Assembly: GCF_000143415.4 (NCBI RefSeq)
Contig: NW_003314408.1
Coordinates: 110,934-174,933 of the forward strand
DNA: 64,000 bases
From: Selaginella moellendorffii
Taxonomy: Eukaryota; Plantae; Lycopodiophyta
Direction: 5' to 3'
This document shows, piece by piece, positions 45,903-56,691 of the stretch. Each line of letters begins with the position of its first letter. The first letter of the stretch is position 1. The notes below the pieces were generated by a model. It did no database searches and was not told the origin of the DNA. It saw only the letters and a program-made list of their open reading frames with translations. Position numbers and translations under genes: made by a program.

Positions 45903-47933
45903 TCAACAAGCGCTAACTCTAGTTGACTCTTCCAGAAGAATGGAGGCCGCCGTGTTTTGCGAGTCGAGTTCTAGAATCCTGGAGGCTGCTCGTTTTGCTC
46001 GCCCGCCATCGCCATGCATTCTACACGCAGCCAGCAGCGACACCCACGACACCTTATCCGGCAGATATGGCATCGTCTCCACGAGCTCCTCCGCCTCGTC
46101 CAGCTTCTTGCCTCGCCCCAGCGCGTCCACGAGGCAGTGAAAGTGTGTCAAGCTCGGCCTCACGCCAAAGTCATCCTCCATCTGCAGGAAGTGCTTCCTC
46201 GCCTCGTCAACCTCGCCGCCAAATCCACACCCAGTGAGCAGCGCCGTCACCGTCGCCTCCGTTGCCTCCACGCCCTCGAGCAGCATCCTCGCCAGCATCC
46301 GGAGAGCGCGGTGGAGCTGCGAGCTTCGAGCGTAGGCCTGGATCATGGACGTCCAGGAGAAAGTGTCGGACGAGGCGGCTTGCTGCTCGAAGACGCTCAA
46401 GGCGACTTCGAGATGGCCGCGGTGGGACAAGGCGGCGATCATCGAGTTCCCGAGCAGCAAGTTCCTGCGTGGTATCAGGCTAAAGGCCTCCACGGCTCTG
46501 GCGGCTCGATCCGCTAGGAAGAACGCCTGGATCATGAGGCTCCAGGAGACGATGTTCCTGCTGGGCGATCGCTGGAAGAGCTCCCAGCACTCGTCCGGCT
46601 TGCGTGCCTGGGCGTAGATCTGGATCACGGCGTTCCAGCTGAAAGAGTTCCAGCGAGGGAGCCGGAGGAAGATGAGCTTGGCCTCAAGCGAGCAGTGGCC
46701 GGCGTCGGCGTAAGCTTGAAGGAGAACGGACCACGAGATCACGTCCTTGTGGGGCATTCGATCGAAAAGCTGCCGAGTTCGACTCGAATCCTTGCGAGCT
46801 CCAAGCATGATGTTCCACGACACGAGGTTGTAGTGTGGGAACTTTGCGAAGAACAGCGCCTCCGCCGCGTCTAGCTGCTGGCTCTCGACGAAAGCTCGCA
46901 GGATGTTGTTCCATGAGATGATGTTTCGCTGCTTCATGGCGTCGAACAGGCTCTTGGAGTCGTGGAATCGATGCTGAGCGAGAGATGAGAGGAGGACGTT
47001 GTACGTGACAAGGTTTCGATCGGGCATTCGATCGAACACGAGCCTTGCTTTGTCGACGAGACCTTCGTTTCCATAGGCCGCAACGACGGAGTTGCAAGCC
47101 GCGACGTTCCAGCCGGGCATGAGGTAGAAAATCTTCTCGGCGGCCTCTAAATCCCCGTTCTCGGCATTTGCCGAGAGGAGAGCTCCCCAAGCAACAACAT
47201 CTTTGTCAGTGACTTCGTTAAACATTTGAGTGGCTTTTACTATCTGGCCATACTGCGAGTAAAGGACAATTACTGTTGTAAACGAGACTATGCTCCACCT
47301 AGGCTGTATAGAAAAAATAAACTCTGCATGAGTAAGTTGCCCGTCTTGGGCATATGCTTCTAGCATAGCGTTCCAAGTTACCTCTGTCTTTCTGAGCATT
47401 TGATCAAACATTTCTTTCGATTGATCAAGATAACCATATTTTGCGTAAGCTACCATCAAGGTTGTAGAAGCGATTACGCTGTGGTGTGGCATCCTTGAAA
47501 AGTATGAGCGAGCTTCCCCTAGATACCCTGCCTGGGCATAAGCCTCCACAGCAGACGTCCAGGAAACAGCGTTTCTCGCGCGCATTTTATCGAAGAATTG
47601 CTGGAACTCGATCATCTGTCCGCCGAGGAGATAAGCCCGGAGCATAAAATTCCACGAATAGGAGTTTGGATCGCTGATCTCGCTGAAGACCGCCAGCGCC
47701 TCCCTGGGGCTCCCGCATTTGCCGTAGAGATCGACGAGGAGATTGGCGAGGAAGCGGCAGTGGGCGTGTTTGCTGCGCGAGATCGCGGCGTGGGCTCGCC
47801 GGAGGGAGGGGAGATTGTGGGAGAGGTGGAGCAATCGAATCAGTGAATGTAGATCTAGATCCGCGGGGGACTGCTGCGAGCAAGGCGAAGAATCGATCTC
47901 TTGCCGGAGTAATTGGCGAAGAATCCTGCTCAT
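45903..47933 (-). CDS. PLS-class PPR protein with C-terminal E region, no DYW
   Basis: Short 31-aa-type motifs (VSWN...Y...G....A...FDRMP). Ends HFHCLVDALGR.KKLDEAEELVETMPYLPDKVSWVSLLAACRMHGD... Confidence 0.92.
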   Translation of the reverse strand: MSRILRQLLRQEIDSSPCSQQSPADLDLHSLIRLLHLSHNLPSLRRAHAAISRSKHAHCRFLANLLVDLYGKCGSPREALAVFSEISDPNSYSWNFMLRAYLLGGQMIEFQQFFDKMRARNAVSWTSAVEAYAQAGYLGEARSYFSRMPHHSVIASTTLMVAYAKYGYLDQSKEMFDQMLRKTEVTWNAMLEAYAQDGQLTHAEFIFSIQPRWSIVSFTTVIVLYSQYGQIVKATQMFNEVTDKDVVAWGALLSANAENGDLEAAEKIFYLMPGWNVAACNSVVAAYGNEGLVDKARLVFDRMPDRNLVTYNVLLSSLAQHRFHDSKSLFDAMKQRNIISWNNILRAFVESQQLDAAEALFFAKFPHYNLVSWNIMLGARKDSSRTRQLFDRMPHKDVISWSVLLQAYADAGHCSLEAKLIFLRLPRWNSFSWNAVIQIYAQARKPDECWELFQRSPSRNIVSWSLMIQAFFLADRAARAVEAFSLIPRRNLLLGNSMIAALSHRGHLEVALSVFEQQAASSDTFSWTSMIQAYARSSQLHRALRMLARMLLEGVEATEATVTALLTGCGFGGEVDEARKHFLQMEDDFGVRPSLTHFHCLVDALGRGKKLDEAEELVETMPYLPDKVSWVSLLAACRMHGDGGRAKRAASRILELDSQNTAASILLEESTRVSAC

Positions 47934-48056
47934 GAACGCGATCGCGCGAGCGATTCACAGTCCAAAAGGTGGGACTCTTTGACTGGTTGAGTTGACTTCT
48001 TAGTCAAGGAGTGGACAACTTTTTCAGTCTACGAGTGGACTCATTGACGGGATTTT

Positions 48057-49886
48057 ATGACCGATGAGAATGTCAGGCGCGAGCTCTTCGCTCTTGGCCG
48101 CCTCTTGAGTGGCAGTGGCGCCGCCAAGGATCTAGCGCAGGCCCGCCGCCTCCATTCTTTCATCCGCCATAGCCCCCAATTCCGGCGCAGCCGCTACCTC
48201 GCCAATCTCCTGCTCGACACCTATGGCAAATGCGGGGACTTGTGTCTCGCGCGCGAGGTTTTCCTCTCGATCGACAAGCCCAACTCCTACTCCTGGAACA
48301 TCCTCATCAGCGCCTACGGCCGCAATGGCCGAATCCGCGACGCGGGCGACGCATTCGCAGCGATGCGCGGCAGCAGGGATTGCAACTCGTGGGCGACGAT
48401 GGTGGGCGCCTGCGCGCACGCCGGGCAACCCGACGAGGCGCGGCGAGTGTTCGCGCTCATGCCCGAGTGGGATGTGGTATCCGGAAACACCATGATCGGG
48501 GTCTATGGCAGCTGCGGCAGCGTAGAGGACGCCAAACGGACGTTTGATTCCATGCGCGCCACCAATGCCATGTCGGGCAATGCGCTGCTCAAGGCGTATG
48601 CCCGGAATGGGCATCCTGAGGACGCGAGGACAGTCTTCGAAACCATGGTGGAGAGAGATCTTGGGTCTTGGAACGCGGCTATTTCTGCGTCTGGGGACGC
48701 TTCAGCTGTAGAGACCTTTGATCGGATGCCCGAATGGAGCGTCACGTCCTGGAACGCGATCCTTACAGCATTTGCCCGAAAACGGCATCTGGAAAACGTC
48801 AAGCGGAACTTCGATCGCATGCCTCAGCGAGATGTTGTTTCGTGGACGGTGCTCACACAAGCGCTAGCGCAAGAGGAGGATTTTCTCAAAGCGGTGGATG
48901 CATTGGACAAGATGCCGCAGAGGGATTTAATCGCGTTTACCATCCTCCTTACAGCATATGCCCAGACAGGGCATATTGACAAAGCGAGGGCGTTGTTTGA
49001 TACGCTCGAGTTCAAAGACTCGGCGCTATTGACGACGATGATCCAGGCCCATGCTCACAATGGAGATCTTCGCGGAGCTAGAGAGCTTCTTGATAGAATC
49101 GAAGACCCCGGCATAGTGCCTGTGACAGTGATGATCCAGGCTTATGCCCAGCTTGGGCATTTGGACGAAGCCTGGGAGCTATTCGCAAACCTCACTGCGC
49201 GGAACGTCATGAGCTACACGGTGATGATCGTCGGGTGTGGGCAGAATCGCAAGGCCAGGGAGGCGAGGAAGATCCTCGACAAAATGCCGGAGTGGAGCAC
49301 CATCACCCTCAACGCGATGCTCACGGCCTATGCGCAAGATGGCCTTCTTCACGAAGCTAGCGAGATGTTCTCGAGAATAGCGAGCAAGAATGTGGTGTCA
49401 TGGAGCACCATGATCCAGGCGCTGGCGGAGATTGGGCAGAGCGATCGCGCTCTGGAGCTGTATTGGGCGATGGAATTAAATGGCGTGAGGCCGAATTCCA
49501 TCACCTTCGTTGGAATTCTCACAGCTTGCAGCCATGGCGGGCTTCTGGAAGAAGGGCGCCGCCAATTCCAGTCACTGCGCGTGGATCAGGGGCTGGAGCC
49601 ATCGCCGGAGCACTACCGATGCGTGATTGATCTCTTGGGAAGAACAAAGCGGCTGGGCGAGGCCGAGGAGCTCATCCACGCCATGCCTTTTGACAATCCC
49701 GACGGGCTGGCTTGGACGGCGCTACTGGCAGCGTCCAAGACCCACGGAGATCTCTCCCGGGCGACTCGAGCAGCGCAGTTCCTCGCGGGATCCAATCCAG
49801 AGCAAGGATCTTCCTACTTGCTCCTCTCGAATGCCTTGATCGCCAAGAATTTGGAGGAGCATAGCTATGTCAATTGTGCTGGCTAA
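48057..49886 (+). CDS. PLS-class PPR protein with E region, no DYW
   Basis: Same architecture. ITFVGILTACSHGG...HYRCVIDLLGR...WTALLAASKTHGD...SSYLLLSN. Confidence 0.92.
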   Translation: MTDENVRRELFALGRLLSGSGAAKDLAQARRLHSFIRHSPQFRRSRYLANLLLDTYGKCGDLCLAREVFLSIDKPNSYSWNILISAYGRNGRIRDAGDAFAAMRGSRDCNSWATMVGACAHAGQPDEARRVFALMPEWDVVSGNTMIGVYGSCGSVEDAKRTFDSMRATNAMSGNALLKAYARNGHPEDARTVFETMVERDLGSWNAAISASGDASAVETFDRMPEWSVTSWNAILTAFARKRHLENVKRNFDRMPQRDVVSWTVLTQALAQEEDFLKAVDALDKMPQRDLIAFTILLTAYAQTGHIDKARALFDTLEFKDSALLTTMIQAHAHNGDLRGARELLDRIEDPGIVPVTVMIQAYAQLGHLDEAWELFANLTARNVMSYTVMIVGCGQNRKAREARKILDKMPEWSTITLNAMLTAYAQDGLLHEASEMFSRIASKNVVSWSTMIQALAEIGQSDRALELYWAMELNGVRPNSITFVGILTACSHGGLLEEGRRQFQSLRVDQGLEPSPEHYRCVIDLLGRTKRLGEAEELIHAMPFDNPDGLAWTALLAASKTHGDLSRATRAAQFLAGSNPEQGSSYLLLSNALIAKNLEEHSYVNCAG

Positions 49887-51624
49887 GCTCCTCCAGAAGA
49901 TCGATGGGCTCGAATCGATCGCCCACGCGATCGATCGAATCGATGTAGGTGTTGAAGAGAAGCACGTAAGACGAGGATTCCTCCGGGGAGAGCTCCACCG
50001 CGCAGCGCGCCGCCAGCGCCGCCAAATCGGTCTCCCCATAGACGCGGCACGCCGCCAGGAAGATCGTCCACGACACCATATCCGCTCGGTGCGGCATGGT
50101 GGTGAGAAGCTCGTACGCTCGCGCGAGGTGGGTCGATCGGCACAGCCCATCGATCAGGCACTGGAAGTGATCCGCGAGGGGAGCGATCCCATGCTCGGCG
50201 ATCATCATCGCGAAGTAGTGGAATCCCCGGTCGATCGCGCGCCCGGCGTGGCTGCAGGCCGTGAGGATCGCGTTGAAAGTGAGCGCATCGGGATTGGCAT
50301 CGCCCTCGAGATTCATGGCCGCGTAGAAATCGAAGAGGCGCGGGGACTCCTCGCCGCTGCTGCGAGCGATGGCTTTCATCATCGTGTTCCATGCCACTGC
50401 GTCGCGCTCGGGCATCCTGTGGAAGAGGAGCTCCGATTCGTGGAGATTGCCTCCTCGGGCGAGAGCGCCCAGCATCGCGGTCCAGATCACGGCGTCCCAG
50501 CAAGGGATTCTGGCGAAGATCTCGCGCGCCGTCGCAGCGCGGCCGATTTGCGCGGCGCCCACCGCCAGGATCGTCCACGAGACGACGTTGCGCTGGGGCA
50601 TCGCCTCGAATGCGCGCGTCGCCTTGTCGAGGAGGCCATTCTCGGCGTTGATCGCGACGATGGCGGTGGCGAGCACGGTGTCGCGCTGCGGCATCCGTGA
50701 GAACACCTCCATGGCCGCCTCAATCGCGCTGGTGGCGATGAATCCCTGGACGAGGATGTTCCAGGCGGCGAGATCTCGGGTGGGCATGGCGGAGAAGGCG
50801 AGCTTGGCGCCCTCGACGTCGCCGCTGTGGGCGATCGCTCCCACGATCGCACTCCACGCGGTGATGTTCTTGACCGGGATCAATTGGAAGAGCGTGATTG
50901 CATCGTCGGGCCTTCCGCCTTGCGCCAGCGCGGTGATGAGGGCGTTCCAGGGGACGAGATCGCGCTCGGGCATGTGCGAGAAGAGATGGATCGCCTCGCG
51001 AAAATGCCCGTTTTGGGCATAGCTTGTGACGATCGTTGTCCAAGCCACAAGATCTCTCTCGGGCATTGCATCAAACACTTCCTTGGCGCCAAGAACATCG
51101 CCTTTGAGCGACAGTCCTTGGATCATCGCGTTCCAAGCAAGGGTGTTCCTCTCGGGCATCCTATAGAACACTTCTTTCGCCATTCCAAAATACCCGTTCT
51201 GGGCATACATCGCAACGAGCGCAGTCCAAGACGTGACTGTTCTATCCGGCATCGCAAGAAACAATCTCCAAGTCTCATCCAAATCCCCGCTTTGAGCGTA
51301 GAGATTCGTGATCTGCGACCACGACACGACGCTCCTCTCGGGCATTCGATTGAAAACCTCCCTCGCGCGCGCAAGATCGCCGTTCTGGGCAAATGCCGCC
51401 GCCACAATGTTCCAGGAGAAGACGTTAGGTTTCTCGATCGTCTGGAACACGGCGAGGGCATCGTCCACGCTCCCGCATTTCCCATAGAGCTCGATGAGGT
51501 GATTGAGGAGGAGGGTTCTATCGCGCTGCTTCTTCACGCGCTGGATCTGGGCTTGGATCCAATGCGCCTGGCGGAGATCCTGGCAAGCGCCGCATTCCTT
51601 GATCAGGCGTGCCAAGCTGTTCAT
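49870..51624 (-). CDS. PLS-class PPR protein with E region, no DYW
   Basis: Same architecture. TFNAILTACSHAG...HFQCLIDGLCR...SWTIFLAACRVYGE...SSYVLLFNTY. Confidence 0.92.
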   Translation of the reverse strand: MNSLARLIKECGACQDLRQAHWIQAQIQRVKKQRDRTLLLNHLIELYGKCGSVDDALAVFQTIEKPNVFSWNIVAAAFAQNGDLARAREVFNRMPERSVVSWSQITNLYAQSGDLDETWRLFLAMPDRTVTSWTALVAMYAQNGYFGMAKEVFYRMPERNTLAWNAMIQGLSLKGDVLGAKEVFDAMPERDLVAWTTIVTSYAQNGHFREAIHLFSHMPERDLVPWNALITALAQGGRPDDAITLFQLIPVKNITAWSAIVGAIAHSGDVEGAKLAFSAMPTRDLAAWNILVQGFIATSAIEAAMEVFSRMPQRDTVLATAIVAINAENGLLDKATRAFEAMPQRNVVSWTILAVGAAQIGRAATAREIFARIPCWDAVIWTAMLGALARGGNLHESELLFHRMPERDAVAWNTMMKAIARSSGEESPRLFDFYAAMNLEGDANPDALTFNAILTACSHAGRAIDRGFHYFAMMIAEHGIAPLADHFQCLIDGLCRSTHLARAYELLTTMPHRADMVSWTIFLAACRVYGETDLAALAARCAVELSPEESSSYVLLFNTYIDSIDRVGDRFEPIDLLEELSQHN

Positions 51625-51694
51625 GTGCCCATGATATTTGAGGGTTTGGAGCTCGGGATTTTAGGGTTCTAGGCTAGTGGCATTCTTCTCTCCA

Positions 51695-53435
51695 ATGGCG
51701 ATCTCTGCGGCCGCGGGCTTGCACAGCACCTCCTCGCTCACATTCTCGAGCAGGCACGAGGAGCGGCATGCCAGAATTCTCGCGGCCGGATCCAGGATCT
51801 CGAGCAGCTCCATCGCTGGGCGGGGGGGAGTGCATGCATCGCTTTCTGCGGGCCTGACGCCGATTCTTCTCGGCGCATCGAGGGAGGATGATCTCGCGAG
51901 CAAATTTCGGCCCCGGACGCGGATCATCGAGGCGAGGAGCGCTGCGTCGGGCGATGCGTCAGCGGCAGCTCCAGGCGATGGCGTGGAGGAGCAAGAATCC
52001 GGCAGCGCGATGATGCGCACGCTCCAGCTGGGATCGCTCTTCGGATTGTGGTACCTCTTCAACATCTACTTCAACATCTATAACAAGCAGGCATTGTTTC
52101 TTCTCGTTTTCTTTTCTCCACCATAGCTAGGATCTTTTCTTGTTTTCTCCATGCATGCTACTTTCTAACTAGAACTTATTTCTCAGGTGCTCAAGGTCTT
52201 TCCATTCCCGATCACGATCACTGAGATCCAATTCGCCATTGGGTCCGCTGCCGTGCTCTTCATGTGGACTACGGGACTGTACAAGCGTCCAAGTCTCACC
52301 ACTGCACAGGTATCGTCGTAGAAATTGTCGTTTGTGTAGATCGAGCATCTCTAAAAATTTTGTCCTTGTTTCTTCGTAGGTGGTCGCGATCTTGCCGCTG
52401 GCATTGGTGCACACCATGGGGAATCTCTTTACCAACATGAGCCTTGGAAAGGTTGCGGTGTCATTTACTCACACAATCAAGGCTATGGAGCCGTTTTTCT
52501 CTGTTCTTCTATCGGCTATGTTCCTTGGCGAGGTATGATACGTTCGCAGAAAAGGTTCTATATCAATTGCCTTTGCAGGCTCCAAGTGCTTGGATTATCG
52601 CTTCTCTCTTGCCAATTGTTGGAGGTGTGGCGTTGGCATCCTTGACTGAGGCGTCTTTCAACTGGTAACAAGGCCTTACCAACATCGCATTTGCCGTTTC
52701 TTATATTCTTTTTCTATGGACAGGGCTGGATTTCTAAGTGCCATGGCATCAAATGTTACTTTCCAGTCGCGAAATGTTTTGAGCAAAAAGTTGATGGTGA
52801 AAAAGGAGGTAGATCTTGTTCTCTGTTCTCGTTCTATTTGGATTCACTTTCTTCCGCAGGGCTCTCTTGACAACATCAATCTGTTCTCCGTGATTACGAT
52901 CCTGTCCTTTTTCCTTCTGGCACCCGTGACGCTGTTCTTCGAGGGAGTGAAATTCACACCCGAATACTTGACTTCAATGGTAGATTTGTTTCGTGCACTT
53001 CCTACGTTGCGTTTACTAATAGAAAGAAAATGGATCCTGCAGGGACTGGATGTGAAAGTTGTTATGTTGAGAGCATTAGTAGCAGGATTATGTTTTCATT
53101 CGTACCAACAGGTTTGCTCTGATGCAAGTTTAGCGTTGTTTCTGAAGGACGATTTGCAGGTGTCCTACATGATATTGCAAAGGGTATCGCCGGTTACGCA
53201 CTCCGTTGGAAACTGTGTCAAGCGCGTGATTGTGATTGTAACTTCAGTCATCTTCTTTAGAACACCAGTGTCGACAATAAATGCTCTTGGTAAGATTCTC
53301 CCTGCCGTCTTCGTCGCTTCGTTATCCACGTTAAAAACACACGGTGTACTTGTTGCAGGCACTGCTCTGGCACTGGCTGGCGTCTTTGCATACTCGAGAG
53401 CCAAGCGCATAAAACCCGCGAAAAAGAGTGCCTAA
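51695..53435 (+). CDS. PPT: Plastid phosphoenolpyruvate/phosphate translocator (multi-exon)
   Basis: Ser/Arg-rich transit peptide. [23 protein letters not shown]|[46 protein letters not shown] and [15 protein letters not shown]. First intron has a GC donor. Confidence 0.93.
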
Positions 53436-54462
53436 AACTGTGAGTAAAGCCGAGAAAAATCATTTTTTTTAATTTTTTAGATCTTTCTCGCTCTTTTGCT
53501 GGCCTGCACAATGGTACTAAAATCTCTGAAAGCTCGATTCTGTGGCATGGATGCGACAATCCAGGTGTCTCTCGCAGTTTCTCTGATTTCTGTCTGACAA
53601 GAACTTAACGCCGATCTCGCACAGATCTGAAAGAGAGATAGACCGAGCTCTGGAGATGATATGCTGGTTAGTGCCTGCGCTTCCGTTTCATTGCTAACGT
53701 CACGGCTTCTATTCTCCTCCATTTTTCTATTTGGTTGGAGGTTGTTTTCAAGGCAAGGTTTCTCAACGATGGAGTCCCACCAAAGTCACAATTGCGAAGG
53801 TCGCGCGACTAGACGATAGAGACCGACAAATACACGTCCTTTCAGACCTTAGCTTTCGTCTTCTTTAATTTCCCAGGCCTTTTTGATCATAGTAGGCTGG
53901 GCCCAACGACGACACGGTGGCTTCGCTTTGCATGCATGCATCATCTATCATAGGCAATCAAACACTACAGGAAAAATTTTGAGGCGAAAGGTGGCGGTGA
54001 TATTACGATGCCACCTCGTGGGACACTTGTTCGTTGAGACTGATTATACGCGGTGCTTAGAATAATCGCTGTGTCGGCAACACCATAATAGCTGTAAACA
54101 ATGTAAACTAAGCGTGAGCAGCAGTACGATGCGCGCCACGTGTCGGTTGCCCAGACGGGAAGGCGGCTCCACGCGCTTGCCCATTCCGGAGCGTAAGGCC
54201 CTGCCGGAATGTCCATGCTTTGCGACCCGTTGGACATTCCATCCCTTGGCTTGGAAACTAGCTCTCCCCTCTTTCTCGCACGGTAGCACAGGTTTCGTCG
54301 AGTCGCATTTGCCCAGGGATCGCGCAGGGCGCGTGATGTTGCGTGTTTTTCATCGATCTCACCGGCGATCGATGGCGCGGGAGTGAGCGGAGCTTCAATC
54401 TTTGGTAGATTTCTTGTCCCTACCCCAATCCAACGCCGCGAGGTAGTTGCTGCTGGCCAGCC

Positions 54463-56572
54463 ATGGGATTTCTAGCAAGGGCCTCGCTGTGGCTGCTACT
54501 GGCGATCGCGATTGCTGCCATCGCCGCGCAGGAAGATCATCGTGGAGCATTCCAAGGTTTGTAGCTGCGTGCGCCATTCTCGTGGTGAGAAATATTTTCT
54601 TTTGCGCTGTGGCAGACACAGGGATAGTGGTGATTCATCCGGGATTTGGGAGAACCCTGAAGCAAGCGCCCTCCTCTAACTCGACCTTGCTCCTCGCGGA
54701 GGATCGGACTAGCAGGCACGATCCGCTCGATGATTTCCGGCGATACAGGGATGGCTGGGACATTCGAAACAAACACTACTGGGCGGTACGAGCGCGCATA
54801 GATATTTTGTTTTTGGCCCTTACTCCTTTGATTTCTTCTAGTCTGTCGGTTTTACAGGGCTTCCAGGTTTCATCCTAGCGCTCCTCTGGGCAGCGCTGGG
54901 TTTGCTCTTCCTACTGTCCTTGTGCTGCTACTGCTGCTGCTGTAGGAGGAAAGATCGCTCGGGAAGCGAGTCCAGTTTGGTACCCTTGCTTCTGCTCTCC
55001 TTACTCACTTTGGCGGCAATGTAAGTGAAACTATATAGCGAAAGCTGGATAAGCTGAGCTTTCCCTTCTTTTGCAGTGCCGGATGCGTGTTGGTGTACAT
55101 CTCCCAGGCAAAGTTCCATGACGAGCTGTCCGGCACTCTCAACTTCGTTGTACGGCAGTCCCAGACTACCGTGGACAACCTCCAGAATGTGTCGAGAACT
55201 CTCAACCAGGGAGCTTCCATTAACATTTTTGGGTTTGGGCTAGGCAACGATGAGAGGCAGCAAGTCTTGCAGATAAGCCAGCAGTTGAACACTACCTCGA
55301 ACCAGTTGGAGTTGAAAACAGAGGACAATGCGCACAAGATCCGGAGGGCCATCAACATGGTGTAAGCACGTCGCTTGTTTTCATTCGAGAAAACACAAAA
55401 AATGATTTGGAACTAACACTCTCTCTTACGTTTCCAGGCGTTTGGCAATGATTATCATCTCGGCAGCGATGCTCCTACTTGTGCTTCTCGGAATCCGTAA
55501 GATGCAACCATACTCAAAAGCGAAGCTAACTTTTCCATGTTCAACGCAGTGTTCGCCGCGTGTGGCTTGCAGTCCCTTGTCTACCTGTAAGTGTCAACAA
55601 CTAGTTCATTTCTCATCTTGTTTGGTAAGCTGTTAACTCACCGACGGTTCCTTCCAGGCTGGTGATTTTGGGATTCATTCTTGTCATCGCAACGTGGATT
55701 CTCTGCGGGGTTTTCATTCTTCTCAACAAGTAAGACTGGCAGACCATTTACCAAGCCTGATATATGTTTTTTCATTTCAGCGTAATGGGGGACACTTGTG
55801 TTGCAATGCGCGAGTGGGTCCAAAACCCCGGCCGCAGCACAAACTTGGATGACATCCTTCCGTGCGTCAACCAGACAACAGCAAACCAGACGCTGGACAG
55901 AAGCAAAGAGGTGGCGGTGTCGGTGGTGAGAGTCCTTAACCAGGCAGTCACGCTCGTCCTCAACGGCAACGCCGCGCCCCCTGGTAATCCATTGAACTTC
56001 AACCAGTCAGGACCCACGATGCCCACGCTGTGCAGTCCATACGGCCCCGCGCCGGACTACGCCGAAGTCCCGTGTGCCAGCGGCACCATCACGCTCCAGC
56101 AAGCTCCAGGGGTAAGCAACTCAACTTCACTCTTTTTTCTTTTCACTCCAGAGACTTGTTTGACACTTTTTTTTCCTTTCGATCGTGATAGAACTGGTCC
56201 CGCTACGTTTGTCAAGCTCCTACTGGGACGACGTGCGCCACGCCTGGACGAATGACTCCACAGATAAATGACCAAGTCATGAAGTCCGTGTCCGTCGCTA
56301 CCGGCTTGGTTGTCAACGTACCGTTCCTGGTGAACGTGGAGAACTGCGTGTTCGTCCGCGAGACGTTCCAGACCATCATCCGCGAGAGGTGCCCGGGCTT
56401 GCGGAAGTACACGAGGTGGATTTACATTGGCTTGGCTCTCGCCTCCGCCGGAACGATGCTGTCCATCGTGTTTTGGATCATTGCTGCCAGGAGAAAACAC
56501 CGCCAGCGCCATCGCCATCGCCATGCTGGTTACGAGAAGAACGAGCCCGGCGAGAAGGTTGCACCAACGTAA
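54463..56572 (+). CDS. Plant multi-pass transmembrane protein (At2g12400/At1g71110-like, multi-exon)
   Basis: Signal peptide MGFLARASLWLLLAIAIAA. LAEDRTSRHDPLDDFRRYRDGWDIRNKHYWA|SVGFTG, several TM helices, DTCVAMREWVQNP...LDDILPCV, FNQSGP.MP.LCSP and CVFVRETF...CPGL. Confidence 0.85.
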
Positions 56573-56691
56573 ACGAAAGGTTTGATGGATTGATCTCACT
56601 TGTGTTGTATACAGTCTCTTCTTTCACTTGTAATTTATGAGATTTTTACATACCCATGGCATTCCAAACACCAGAGTTTCCAAGTTTCAAT

